From a virus (taxonomy: Duplodnaviria; Caudoviricetes), in the IMG/VR virus record IMGVR_UViG_3300041809_003422, positions 1-54,061 of that record: a stretch of 54,061 bases of DNA; one strand, written 5' to 3'. This document shows, piece after piece, positions 40,301 to 48,483 of the stretch. The first letter of the stretch is position 1, and every line of letters starts with the position of its first letter. Under the pieces are notes generated by a model. That model made no database searches, was not told where the DNA came from, and saw only the letters and a list, made by a program, of their open reading frames with translations. A program made the position numbers and the translations under genes.

Positions 40301-41030
40301 GGGTCGCAATGCGATAGCGGGCGTCTTCATTCAGCGCGACGACGAAGGCGTCCAGCTTCGCATCGTCGACGATCTGGGCGTCGGTGATCGGATGCGTCGC
40401 CGGCTCATGCCTCCGCAGCCATGTGAACGTGCCGCCGGTGCGGTGGTGATAGCCGTAGGCGGTAAATGACGATCCTTCACCGAGGATTTCGATGCCGCCG
40501 AGCCGCGCGTCGGCGAATTTCATCGGGCGCTTGGGCGTTGCACCGTCGAAGCGATAGAGCAACAACACTTTCGGCGCCTGGCCGACGCGGACAAATGGCG
40601 TGTCGCCAAGGACGCGGCGGGCGATCTGCTCGATATCCCAGGACGCCCGCGCGTCGACGACGTCGATATCGAGGGCGACGAAGCCGCGGCAGATGATGGC
40701 GACGTTGTGGGTCGGGCACTCGGCGCGCCAGGAGTCGACCTCGGCCTTTGTCGGCTGGCGGCGCTTGAGGTCGGACCACTTCAACATCGCCCGGTCGACG
40801 ACGCCCGGCTGGCGCGCCGAGGTCATCTGCTGCGGGTAAAAGCTCCAGCCCTGGCGCAACAGCATCGGCGCCATTTGGGAGAAATAGGGTAGGGCGGCGT
40901 CTTTGCGCGAGTCTTTCTCGGACGCGCCATGCATCAATGTAGCGGCAGCGAACGCAGCGCGCAGTGCAGCGTCGATATCCTTGGGAGGATCGACACGCGA
41001 CTCAGCGCGAAATGGCTCCGCAAGATTCAC
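37257..41030 (-). CDS. Bifunctional primase-polymerase fused to P-loop helicase
   Basis: N-terminal HNVAII..FVALDID and AYGYHHRTGGTFTW; Walker A APAGAGKT; Walker B VVIDE; QFFGRLR. Confidence 0.88.
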   Translation of the reverse strand: MNLAEPFRAESRVDPPKDIDAALRAAFAAATLMHGASEKDSRKDAALPYFSQMAPMLLRQGWSFYPQQMTSARQPGVVDRAMLKWSDLKRRQPTKAEVDSWRAECPTHNVAIICRGFVALDIDVVDARASWDIEQIARRVLGDTPFVRVGQAPKVLLLYRFDGATPKRPMKFADARLGGIEILGEGSSFTAYGYHHRTGGTFTWLRRHEPATHPITDAQIVDDAKLDAFVVALNEDARYRIATPPRASSGPGQPLDRAIVVGDLIKPAGVNAVSGVRIVGGKVVDGREGWINRRVGDWAAFNPNASYESLAAAIEAEAIEHLSLDGWDNRLRGQIAEKLRRTMARVASGEFKTRIVYRGDDGTISTPVSAVSTASDDEDIAALLVPVAQRTPIKVVERITEGAEQKRAERALLKDRAPETSRVRDEVVDGIQTWLDLLWKAVRDEDDEAKAALDTVRLMIAPAGAGKTSAFVRMLRDQIAEKGRLGKPILMMMPSYKNITTVKGYAGVGDDDLEGEAVQIRQAGLRVMTMEGKARKCALGQEIITTLQGAGYSTSTLCESEGQDGETTYCSHYETCPYQMQKRQIEHVDLVLCPTAFLDTKIPAQLKEVAAVVIDERAWTGLVASTTIPIDTFKLPRPLPRTLKHQKAVGIQPEHILRGHDDACKVVLRAAAVKGDPAVALLDTVLGSGKETITGKQLVADAIQVCSNAMDAHRKVTPGMTLMGAKKLVEQPQGSKIAAEWRAWKILQERMLAVEFDRPHLRLAEETGLLGSYTPRARGKSDKRLQWVNGPGGDPSLRLSWRQENNFGKLPTLMLDASGHEEIIAKLWEGRKVETVRVKGAMHQRTIAVIDSTYSNQSLSPAAHKGGSRGGLYAAIRQNKVNQVRSKMGLMFGFGRGIEAFAKPIRAEMNSIYAHTDNVDDMHFGDLRGRDDAKLHSYALCVGRMDMPIQFIDGIVGALTYDDLEPEEPIDRNGNGLDDDGKELRPLMAPLVVKKRDGVDEVILVPKHQGHWASIVQRQYREEEIDQFFGRLRTVFREGEAPLAVMLGTSIPEDCIVDDLVHIDDIAKDSEAFEAIRRARIADPRTTAAVAPDLGAGSLEIVDRVLTPMTKDGLKSRVGKGFAKYVYELIDESLGVTVHKESYVPAFVDDPAAWIINANHGYKRRVDLDAGVKVIEVCGSRTAAKPFPQDVKFEAVVGTLEQRRSRECAARETTMVGAVARGEIKKGSRLIQAASSGDLATEFVPVDVRTILDRRGS

Positions 41031-41053
41031 GGTATGCTATCCGAGTGCCATGG

Positions 41054-41266
41054 TTACGACTGCGTAGATTGCGCTGCGAGCAAGATATCGTCTGCCGTTT
41101 CTTCAAGCATGATGGCATCCGATCTGGCGGTTTCCGCCTTGTGACAAGGATGGCGCCGACAATGGCACAGCGCAACGGCGCGCTGCATGCCACGCCGCAA
41201 ATACAAAAAATCGGCAACGCGCTCGTCAACGATTTTTGCATTTGTCGATTTTGACGCTCTCGCCAA
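41054..41266 (-). CDS. Hypothetical protein
   Basis: Fills the gap upstream of the primase-helicase. Confidence 0.4.
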   Translation of the reverse strand: MARASKSTNAKIVDERVADFLYLRRGMQRAVALCHCRRHPCHKAETARSDAIMLEETADDILLAAQSTQS

Positions 41267-41302
41267 TTGACGTTTGCGCGAAATCGACTCAGCCCCGAAA
41301 CC
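41267..41302 (+). promoter_or_regulatory. Putative promoter TTGACG-TTTGCG-N6-CGACTCAG, leaderless transcript
   Basis: ATG exactly 36 nt from the start of TTGACG, no SD. Confidence 0.65.
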
Positions 41303-41800
41303 ATGACGAATTTAGCGCTCGATCTGGCGCGCGTCAGCGGGGCCGCCTGGGAAGTCGACGGCGTCTACGTGACGATGTGCTTCACGCTCGGCAAGAGAGG
41401 CGATGTCGACGGTCACGTCGTCTGCCTTTACGGGATTCTGCGCTCTTTGGTTGCCTCGGTTCGGCCGGAGAAGATCGTCTGCGAAAACGACATTGGTCGC
41501 GGCTCCGGCTCAAGGACCTTGCAGGCTTATCATACGGTCGCTCGACTGGTCGCGGCGGAGTTCGGGATTCCATTCGAGTACGGCCTAAACTCGTCAAGCG
41601 CGCGGCGTCACGCGTTCGGTACGTCCATAGCTGACAAGGAACTGGCAGCACGTCACGCGCGCTTGATCTTTCCGATTCCTCGGTCGGCTACGGCTGACGA
41701 GATCGACGCCATCATCCTTCTTGAAGCGGTCAAGGCGCTCGACAAAGAGCGAGCCTTCGCCGCCATGACCAAGAAACAACGCAAACGGAGGGCAGCGTGA
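41303..41800 (+). CDS. RuvC-like Holliday junction resolvase
   Basis: LALDLA..SGAA, IVCE, ADKE, DEIDAI acidic catalytic pattern. Confidence 0.82.
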   Translation: MTNLALDLARVSGAAWEVDGVYVTMCFTLGKRGDVDGHVVCLYGILRSLVASVRPEKIVCENDIGRGSGSRTLQAYHTVARLVAAEFGIPFEYGLNSSSARRHAFGTSIADKELAARHARLIFPIPRSATADEIDAIILLEAVKALDKERAFAAMTKKQRKRRAA

Positions 41801-42990
41801 CCTACGCTATCGCCCCATCGATCATCGATTCCGCCAAGAAAATCGCCGTCCGCGAGGGTATGGAGACGGCTGCCATCCTCGCCGTCATCAGCACGGAGAC
41901 GGGCGGTCAGCCGTTCGAAGCCGACGGACGCACGCCGATCGTGCTGTGCGAGCCCGCCGTCTTCTACCACCAGCTTCCTGCCGCTTCGCGCGCCGAGGCG
42001 GTCAAAGAAGGTTTGGCCTATCCGACGTGGGATCCACACGGCTACCGCGACCAGGGCACCAGCGCCGGCCGCGAGGCGCGGTTCGCGCGGATGAAGGCTT
42101 TCGACGAGGCTGCCGCCTACCGCAGCGTCAGCATGGGACTCATGCAAATCATGGGTTTCAACGCAGACGAAGCCGACTGCGGCGACGCCAAATCGATGTA
42201 CGAAGCGATGGTCGGCAGCGTCGACGTGATGATCGACTGCGGCGTCCGCTTCCTCAAGCACACCGGAATCTCGAATGCGCTGGCCGCCCAGGATTGGGCT
42301 GACGCCGCGCGCCTCTACAACGGCGCCGGCTACAAGCGCAACGCCTACGACGTCAAGTTGGCCGAGGCCTACGCGCACTGGCACACCGCGCTCAATTCCG
42401 GCCAGATCGTGCCGTCGACCAATCCCAAGGTGCTGTCGCTCGGCAACCAGGGTCCGGCGGTCGCCGATCTGCAAAAGAGCCTGTCCGACAAGGGCTACGC
42501 AATCCACCAGGACGCCTATTACGGCCCGGAGACGCAGGGCGTCGTTGCCGCATTTCAAGTTCACCACGGAATCCCGGCCGACGGCATCGCCGGCGAGAAC
42601 ACGGTGGCCGCCATCGCCGCCGCGGCTCCGCAGCCGGCCGGCGCGCCCGATCCCGAGGTCGTCCAGGCTGCCGTCAAGTCGACGGCCGTCGTTCAGCACG
42701 GCTGGTACGCCAAGCGCGCCCTTGAGGCGTCCGGCGTCGGCCTCCTGTCGGGCAACGTCGACCTCAGCGGCGTCAACTCGGCGCTCGACAAGTTCGACCA
42801 GGCCAAGTCGACCTGGGAGCGCGTCAGCGACGTGTTCGGCGACGTGTCCACGGCGGCTGCCAATTGGCTGCCCCACGCGCTGTCGACGCCGCATGTCGCT
42901 ATGGGCGTCGTCGCGATCGCGGCCGGCTGGTTCTTCGTCCATTCGATGCAGGCGGCTCACAAGGCCTCCGAAGAGGGAGCAGTCGCATGA
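41797..42990 (+). CDS. Endolysin: N-acetylmuramidase (DUF3380-like) plus peptidoglycan-binding domain and C-terminal hydrophobic segment
   Basis: ETGG, SMGLMQIMGFN, ARLYNGAGY..YDVKL; DAYYGPET..FQ..HGIPADGIAG. Confidence 0.93.
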   Translation: MTYAIAPSIIDSAKKIAVREGMETAAILAVISTETGGQPFEADGRTPIVLCEPAVFYHQLPAASRAEAVKEGLAYPTWDPHGYRDQGTSAGREARFARMKAFDEAAAYRSVSMGLMQIMGFNADEADCGDAKSMYEAMVGSVDVMIDCGVRFLKHTGISNALAAQDWADAARLYNGAGYKRNAYDVKLAEAYAHWHTALNSGQIVPSTNPKVLSLGNQGPAVADLQKSLSDKGYAIHQDAYYGPETQGVVAAFQVHHGIPADGIAGENTVAAIAAAAPQPAGAPDPEVVQAAVKSTAVVQHGWYAKRALEASGVGLLSGNVDLSGVNSALDKFDQAKSTWERVSDVFGDVSTAAANWLPHALSTPHVAMGVVAIAAGWFFVHSMQAAHKASEEGAVA

Positions 42991-43595
42991 GCGCGTTCGA
43001 CGAGATCGTTGCAGGTTCCACGAATATGTCCGCGAAGGCTGACCATGTGGTCTCGGCCGCCGCAGCCAAAGTCGAGACGGCTGCGGCGGCGGAAGCGCCC
43101 AAGGCGGCCGGCTGGCTCAAGCGCATCGCCGGCGGAATCTGGAAGGTCGTTAAGGCGATCTTCAAGCGCTTGCCTGGCGCCGCCAAGGTCGCGTCGGTCG
43201 CCGGACTGACGCTCAACTTCATTCCCGGCGTCGGCTGGATCAAGATGGCCTGGGACTTCGTCAAGTCGCCGGCGTTCAAGCTGCTGCTCGCCGTAGGGCT
43301 CGCCATCGGCTGCGCTGGATGGGCGTCCGTCAAGACGCACCAATACGACACGGCGACCGAGCAACTGGCGATCGAGAAGGCCAACGCAAAAGCCGCCGAG
43401 GACAACCGTCTTGCCGCCGAGGCCATCGCCCAGAAGGACGAGAAAGCCCTGGCCGACTTCAAGGCTCAATCCGCTGCTGATGCGGCGAAGGCAAAGGATA
43501 TCAGCCATGCTGCTGCGAAGCTTCCTCACGCTGCCGACCATGTGTTTCCTGACGCTCTCGCTAGTCAGTTGCAGCGGTACATCAATGCTCACTGA
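42987..43595 (+). CDS. Inner-membrane spanin-like protein
   Basis: TM segment plus coiled coil after endolysin. Confidence 0.65.
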   Translation: MSAFDEIVAGSTNMSAKADHVVSAAAAKVETAAAAEAPKAAGWLKRIAGGIWKVVKAIFKRLPGAAKVASVAGLTLNFIPGVGWIKMAWDFVKSPAFKLLLAVGLAIGCAGWASVKTHQYDTATEQLAIEKANAKAAEDNRLAAEAIAQKDEKALADFKAQSAADAAKAKDISHAAAKLPHAADHVFPDALASQLQRYINAH

Positions 43596-43806
43596 CCTTA
43601 AGCCGGCGATGGGCGTCACTGAGCAGCATGCGTTTGCCCAGCAGACGCGTGACTGTGCGGCGGAACGCCCGGCGGACTGGGAGAACAACGCTGGGTCGAC
43701 GGCGACTCGCCTTGCCGACGACAAGCACGTGATCAACGACATCAGCGACTGCGCTGACAAGGCCGCCGACCACATCGATGAAACCGTGGACGGATTCTCG
43801 AAATGA
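43507..43806 (+). CDS. Outer-membrane spanin-like lipoprotein
   Basis: Lipobox LVSC; overlaps the 3' end of the i-spanin gene. Confidence 0.65.
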   Translation: MLLRSFLTLPTMCFLTLSLVSCSGTSMLTDLKPAMGVTEQHAFAQQTRDCAAERPADWENNAGSTATRLADDKHVINDISDCADKAADHIDETVDGFSK

Positions 43807-44231
43807 CCGACCCCGCCACTGCCTTCGACAACGCCGAGCACCTGGTCACGATCGGACTCTCCGTCGGCGGCATGGTTGTGTCTACGTTCGCGATCATCGC
43901 TGGATGGATGATCTGGCGGTCGCTGGTCGACGAGCATATCGGCGCGCTCAAAAAGAAGAACAAGGAACAGGACGAGCGGATTGAGGCGGTCGCCGCCGCC
44001 GGCGCTGAGGCCGTCAAAGAGGTCAAGGTCGACGTCAAGGCGATCTCCACGGCGCAGATTGAGTTCGAGAAGACCGTCGTCAGTGAATACGTCCGGTCGT
44101 CCGTGATCGACGACTTGCGCGCGGCGATGGAGCGTGGGTTCTCGCAGATCACCGAGCAGCTCAACAACAACGCCCGCGACGTCAACGGACGCCTCGATCG
44201 TTTCATCCAGAGCAAGGTGCGCTCCACATGA
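43803..44231 (+). CDS. Single-TM coiled-coil protein (holin candidate)
   Basis: One TM, lysis cassette position. Confidence 0.6.
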   Translation: MTDPATAFDNAEHLVTIGLSVGGMVVSTFAIIAGWMIWRSLVDEHIGALKKKNKEQDERIEAVAAAGAEAVKEVKVDVKAISTAQIEFEKTVVSEYVRSSVIDDLRAAMERGFSQITEQLNNNARDVNGRLDRFIQSKVRST

Positions 44232-44617
44232 CGGACCAAGAGACGCCGCGCAAACACGCCGACGACGGCCGCGACTTCGTGCAGATCATCGCTCAACTGG
44301 TGCTGGCGCTCGACGACCTCCGCAAGACTGGCGTCGTCAAGGACTTCGGCGTCCGACGGCTGATCCACGACAACAAAGACTGGGCGACGGCGTTCATGGG
44401 CGTCGACCTCGACAAGATGGCGTTCGAGCGCGGGAACCCGCCGCAGTTTGGCGTCCCGTTCAAGCACGAAACGCTTGGCATGATGGCGATTGTCCGGTCG
44501 GGCCCGGAGCAGATGGACGCCTACCGCATCTGCCGCGCCGCGTGGCGCTTCAACGACCAGATGCCCGAGCACCTTCGCCAGTCGGCCGAGCCGCCGAAGC
44601 GGAAGAAAGCAGCGTGA
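44228..44617 (+). CDS. Hypothetical protein
   Basis: ATGA overlap. Confidence 0.7.
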   Translation: MTDQETPRKHADDGRDFVQIIAQLVLALDDLRKTGVVKDFGVRRLIHDNKDWATAFMGVDLDKMAFERGNPPQFGVPFKHETLGMMAIVRSGPEQMDAYRICRAAWRFNDQMPEHLRQSAEPPKRKKAA

Positions 44618-44644
44618 AAATCTCCGTCACCTAGCGAGGACAGC

Positions 44645-45055
44645 ATGCGCAAGGCCTCTATCTGTGTCCTGATTCTGATCGCCGCGCTGCTGGCCGTCCT
44701 CATCGCCGGCGCAGCCATGGCCGCCGATCAGCCGCCGGCTCCGGTCGCGACGCCGGCATGCACGGCGCTTAAGCAATTCCGCTCTGAGGCGGCCATCGTG
44801 GGCACCAAGACGATGGTCCTCGGCGGCGACCAGTCAAACCTCGCCGCCGTCATCACCGACACGCTGAGCAACGTCGGCGCGCCGGCCGTGATGATCGCGA
44901 AGGACTACCTGATCGTCGCGCATGGCGACGGGCTATTGATCTATCCGATCATCGCCGGAGCGATCTGCTCACGCCCACACGCCGAACTCGACTCGGTGGC
45001 GGCGCACGCTCTGATGGATAAGCTTCTCGCCGCCCTCCTGAGATCGCAGGCGTGA
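44645..45055 (+). CDS. Exported protein with signal peptide
   Basis: MRKAS...AAMA signal, two Cys in mature part, GAGGA RBS. Confidence 0.75.
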   Translation: MRKASICVLILIAALLAVLIAGAAMAADQPPAPVATPACTALKQFRSEAAIVGTKTMVLGGDQSNLAAVITDTLSNVGAPAVMIAKDYLIVAHGDGLLIYPIIAGAICSRPHAELDSVAAHALMDKLLAALLRSQA

Positions 45056-47040
45056 AGGCGGCGATCGACTACCGAGACCCGGCGGCCATCGTCAGGGCAT
45101 ATCGAGAGCACGGTCGATCCATTAGCGCAGTCTGCAAGGCGCTCGGCCTCAGCTATCCCTATTTCGGCGAGCGGCTGCGCTGGGCTCGCTGCCGGCTCGG
45201 CTTGTCGATCGCCGATATCAAAGGCGACACGCCGCTGCCGGCGCCAAAGGTTGTGATTGAGGAATCTTCGATCCGCGAGGCGTCTCCGCCGCGGGCCGCC
45301 GGCGCGCCCAAGGCGGCCAGCGACGACGCCAAGACGACGCCGAAGCAGCATGCCTGCAAGCGTGCTGATTGGCTGCAAGAGTCGCTCTACGCGATGATCA
45401 CCCGCTCGCGCTGGCCGGTGATCAACCCCGAATGCGTCGTCATCGAGAGCCGCGTCACCGAGAAATACAACAAGCGGACGGAAACCTACGAAGAACACGA
45501 ACTCGCCCTGCGCACCTACGTCTCCGACGACATGCGCGCCGCGCCGATCCTCGACTGCAAGGGGCGGCGGTTCTTCTTCGGGCGGGCGCAGAACCAAACG
45601 CCAGTCGACCAAGGCCTGTGGACGAACCTCTTGGCCTACGCCGAATGGATGGGCGCCGACGTCGTGATCGGCCCCGACACCTATGAGACGGCCTGGTGGC
45701 ACGAAGCCAACGAGTTTTCGCGCCGCTACGCGCCGGAGGTCGAGGACTATCTGTGCTTCGGCCGGCTGGAGATCGGCGACGACTTCATTTTCCTGGGCGA
45801 CATGAACGTCATGACGACGGCCGCCCGCCCGGTGACCGATCTGACGGCGCAATCCAAGGGCAAGTGGTGCGTCGTCCCGCACTCGAAGATGCAGCTTGAA
45901 TCGGTGCCTTCGCTCGACCCCGACAAGCCGGCGCGCCAGATCATGACGACGGGCAGTGTCACGACGCCAAAGGTCATCCCGCGCAAGGCGGGCGTGAAGA
46001 GCATCTTCGACCACATCATGGGCTTCCTGGTGGTCGAAATCGACGACGAAGGCGTCGTTCACTGCCGCCAGGTCAACGCCGAGGACGACGGCTCGTTCTT
46101 CGACCTCGACCACCGGGTCGAGAACGGCGTCGTCACCACCACCAGCGACAGCGTGCGCGGAATCGTCTTCGGCGACGTCCACCGCGCCAAGCTCGACCGG
46201 TCGAACGAAGAGGACGTCATCGCGTCGTTCGGATTCGACCCCAAGAGCAACATGTGGGGCGACGAATCACTCGTCACGCACCTGCACCCCAAGGACGTCT
46301 ATTTCCACGACCTGCACGACGCCGGTCCCGACAATCACCACAACTGGGATGATATCGGCATGGCCGTCGAGCTGGCGGCGCGCCGGATGCACACGGTAGA
46401 GGACGAGATACGCGCCGACGGCGAGTTCCTGCGGACGTTCCGCGAGTTCCACCCCGAGCCGGCGATCAAGGTCGTCGAGTCGAACCACGACATAATGTTG
46501 GACAGGTGGATCAAGGAGGCCCGGTACCGCGACGGCTTCAATGTGCTGTTCGGCCTGCACCTGGAGAAAGCGCAGTTGACCTGGCGGACACAGGTCGCCA
46601 AGGCGCTCGACGCCCGCGAGACGCCGCCCAAGTTCTCGCTGCTCGAATACGCGATCCGCGAATTCCAGCCCGATCTTGCCGACATCGAGTGGCTCTACGA
46701 CGGCGACTCGCATGTCGTCCTGGACGTCGAACTCGGCCACCACGGCTTCCGCGGCGCAAACGGCGCCCGATCGTCGACCGTCGGCTATTCACGCATGGGT
46801 CGCAAGATCATGACCGGAGACCCGCATTCGCCGGCGATTCTCGGGGGCACCTATCGCGTCGGCTGTATGGGCCGCAAGCACGGCTACAATAAGGGCCCGT
46901 CCGGATGGTCGGTAACCCACGGCATCCTCTACGAAAACGGCAAGCGGGCGCTGGTGACGATCCAGCACGGCCGCTATTGCCTGAAAGGCTACGGCCGACC
47001 GATCTACGGCGTCGGCGAACGGCTCAAGGAAGCCGCTTGA
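45052..47040 (+). CDS. HTH plus metallophosphoesterase protein, T5 A1-like
   Basis: AQNQTPV, GDVH, HDLHD, SNHD, HHGFRGANGARS, HSPAI, YNKGPSGW. Confidence 0.8.
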   Translation: MKAAIDYRDPAAIVRAYREHGRSISAVCKALGLSYPYFGERLRWARCRLGLSIADIKGDTPLPAPKVVIEESSIREASPPRAAGAPKAASDDAKTTPKQHACKRADWLQESLYAMITRSRWPVINPECVVIESRVTEKYNKRTETYEEHELALRTYVSDDMRAAPILDCKGRRFFFGRAQNQTPVDQGLWTNLLAYAEWMGADVVIGPDTYETAWWHEANEFSRRYAPEVEDYLCFGRLEIGDDFIFLGDMNVMTTAARPVTDLTAQSKGKWCVVPHSKMQLESVPSLDPDKPARQIMTTGSVTTPKVIPRKAGVKSIFDHIMGFLVVEIDDEGVVHCRQVNAEDDGSFFDLDHRVENGVVTTTSDSVRGIVFGDVHRAKLDRSNEEDVIASFGFDPKSNMWGDESLVTHLHPKDVYFHDLHDAGPDNHHNWDDIGMAVELAARRMHTVEDEIRADGEFLRTFREFHPEPAIKVVESNHDIMLDRWIKEARYRDGFNVLFGLHLEKAQLTWRTQVAKALDARETPPKFSLLEYAIREFQPDLADIEWLYDGDSHVVLDVELGHHGFRGANGARSSTVGYSRMGRKIMTGDPHSPAILGGTYRVGCMGRKHGYNKGPSGWSVTHGILYENGKRALVTIQHGRYCLKGYGRPIYGVGERLKEAA

Positions 47041-47074
47041 CAAGAATCACTGATTTGATTCAGCGCTCGATTCG
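47037..47074 (+). promoter_or_regulatory. Putative promoter TTGACA with three GANTC sites
   Basis: TTGACAAGAATCACTGATTTGATTCAGCGCTCGATTCG-ATG. Confidence 0.6.
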
Positions 47075-47182
47075 ATGGTCGCAGAACTCGCCCTCGACGC
47101 CTATTGGCTGCTGCTCTCCGCGTTGCTGGTGTGCACGCTGGTCAGCATGGGGCGTCGCGGCGGCGGCAAGAAGATGCGCTGA
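47075..47182 (+). CDS. 35-aa single-TM peptide
   Basis: MVAELALDAYWLLLSALLVCTLVSMGRRGGGKKMR, fills the gap. Confidence 0.5.
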   Translation: MVAELALDAYWLLLSALLVCTLVSMGRRGGGKKMR

Positions 47183-47185
47183 TTC

Positions 47186-47983
47186 ATGGCCGGCAAAGAG
47201 TTCTTTTTCCCCTTCAAGTGGAACGGTCAGCCCGTCAGGGCTGAACTCGATCGCGATTGGACCGACGAGGAACTCGCCGTCATCAACGATCCTCGCTGGT
47301 TCTCGTCTCTCATCCACTACCTGACACTGGGCGGCAACCAAGAGGCGTTCGCTGAGCGCATCCAGGAGATCATCCAATTCTCCAAGCTCAAGCGTGAAGA
47401 GGAAGATCGTCGCCGACGGCGGGCGATCGAAGACGAAGCCAATCGCCAGAATCTGTCGCATGAGCGCATGGTCGAGAACCAGCGGCGTCAAAAGGCTGCG
47501 CGCAACGCCAAGTGGGCGGAGAAGCTCGGCATTCCCGACGTCGATCAGGCCACGATCAGGTCCTTCTACGGCAAGACCATTCGCGGCGTGACGCTGGGGC
47601 ACATCCGGGAGATCGGACACACCGCTGGCAGCTACATGCTGATCAGGTTCGACGACTGTCCGTCGCTCAAGCTGATGGACCACAACCAGTGCTGCGAAAG
47701 CCGGCACATCACCACCGACGACGACCTGCGCGACCTGGTCGGCTGCAAGCTGCTCAAAATCTCCTTCCGTTCCGGTCGTGGCAGTTCGGAGAACAGTGAC
47801 GGAGACCCCACCGAGTCGAACGAGACCATGTTCATTGAGATCGCCACGGACAAAGGCTTCGTCACGCTGTGCGCCCATAACGACCACAACGGCTACTACA
47901 CGGGGTTCGATTTCGAGGCCCATTTCTGCGGAATGACCCGCAGTGATGGATCGTTCTTCGATGACACGGAGGACGAGGACTGA
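47186..47983 (+). CDS. Hypothetical phage protein
   Basis: C-terminal QCCE...DLVG...TDKG...HNGYY phage motif. Confidence 0.8.
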   Translation: MAGKEFFFPFKWNGQPVRAELDRDWTDEELAVINDPRWFSSLIHYLTLGGNQEAFAERIQEIIQFSKLKREEEDRRRRRAIEDEANRQNLSHERMVENQRRQKAARNAKWAEKLGIPDVDQATIRSFYGKTIRGVTLGHIREIGHTAGSYMLIRFDDCPSLKLMDHNQCCESRHITTDDDLRDLVGCKLLKISFRSGRGSSENSDGDPTESNETMFIEIATDKGFVTLCAHNDHNGYYTGFDFEAHFCGMTRSDGSFFDDTEDED

Positions 47984-48483
47984 TGTTCACCCTTCTCTTC
48001 ATCGCCCTGGTCATCATCGGGCTGTTCGTCCTGTCCGGCTGCGCAGTCGTCGAGCCGACGCCGGCGGCGACGCCTCAGCCGTCGATCCTGCGTGACGGAG
48101 CCGGCGGCGATTCGATCGCTTGGGGGACCGGCCAGGCGCTGCACGTCGCGACGTTCGCCCGCGTCGGTGAGCCGTCCTGCCCGAATCGCAAGCGGCCGGG
48201 CATCCTCAGTCTGCTGCCGGCTGAGCATTTCAACCGCTTCGTCATGTCCGCCGGCGTCAACGATGCGCCGGGTCTCTGCGTCCCGAAGATCGCCGCATGG
48301 ATGAGCGGCCACACCGCGCGCGGCTACTGGCTCGTCGGCTATGGCGCGCCGGAGTCGGCGATGGTCGTCAACAGCGCAGCCGCCTACGGCCAGCGCGTCC
48401 TATTTTTCACGCCTGGCCCCGATCGAGTGCACCCGCGATCGTATCCCGAGGTCGCCGGCGCGGTGCGGAGGGCGTGGCAGTGA
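47983..48483 (+). CDS. SGNH/GDSL hydrolase-like lipoprotein
   Basis: Lipobox LSGC; GDSIA, SAGVND, DRVHP. Confidence 0.75.
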   Translation: MFTLLFIALVIIGLFVLSGCAVVEPTPAATPQPSILRDGAGGDSIAWGTGQALHVATFARVGEPSCPNRKRPGILSLLPAEHFNRFVMSAGVNDAPGLCVPKIAAWMSGHTARGYWLVGYGAPESAMVVNSAAAYGQRVLFFTPGPDRVHPRSYPEVAGAVRRAWQ

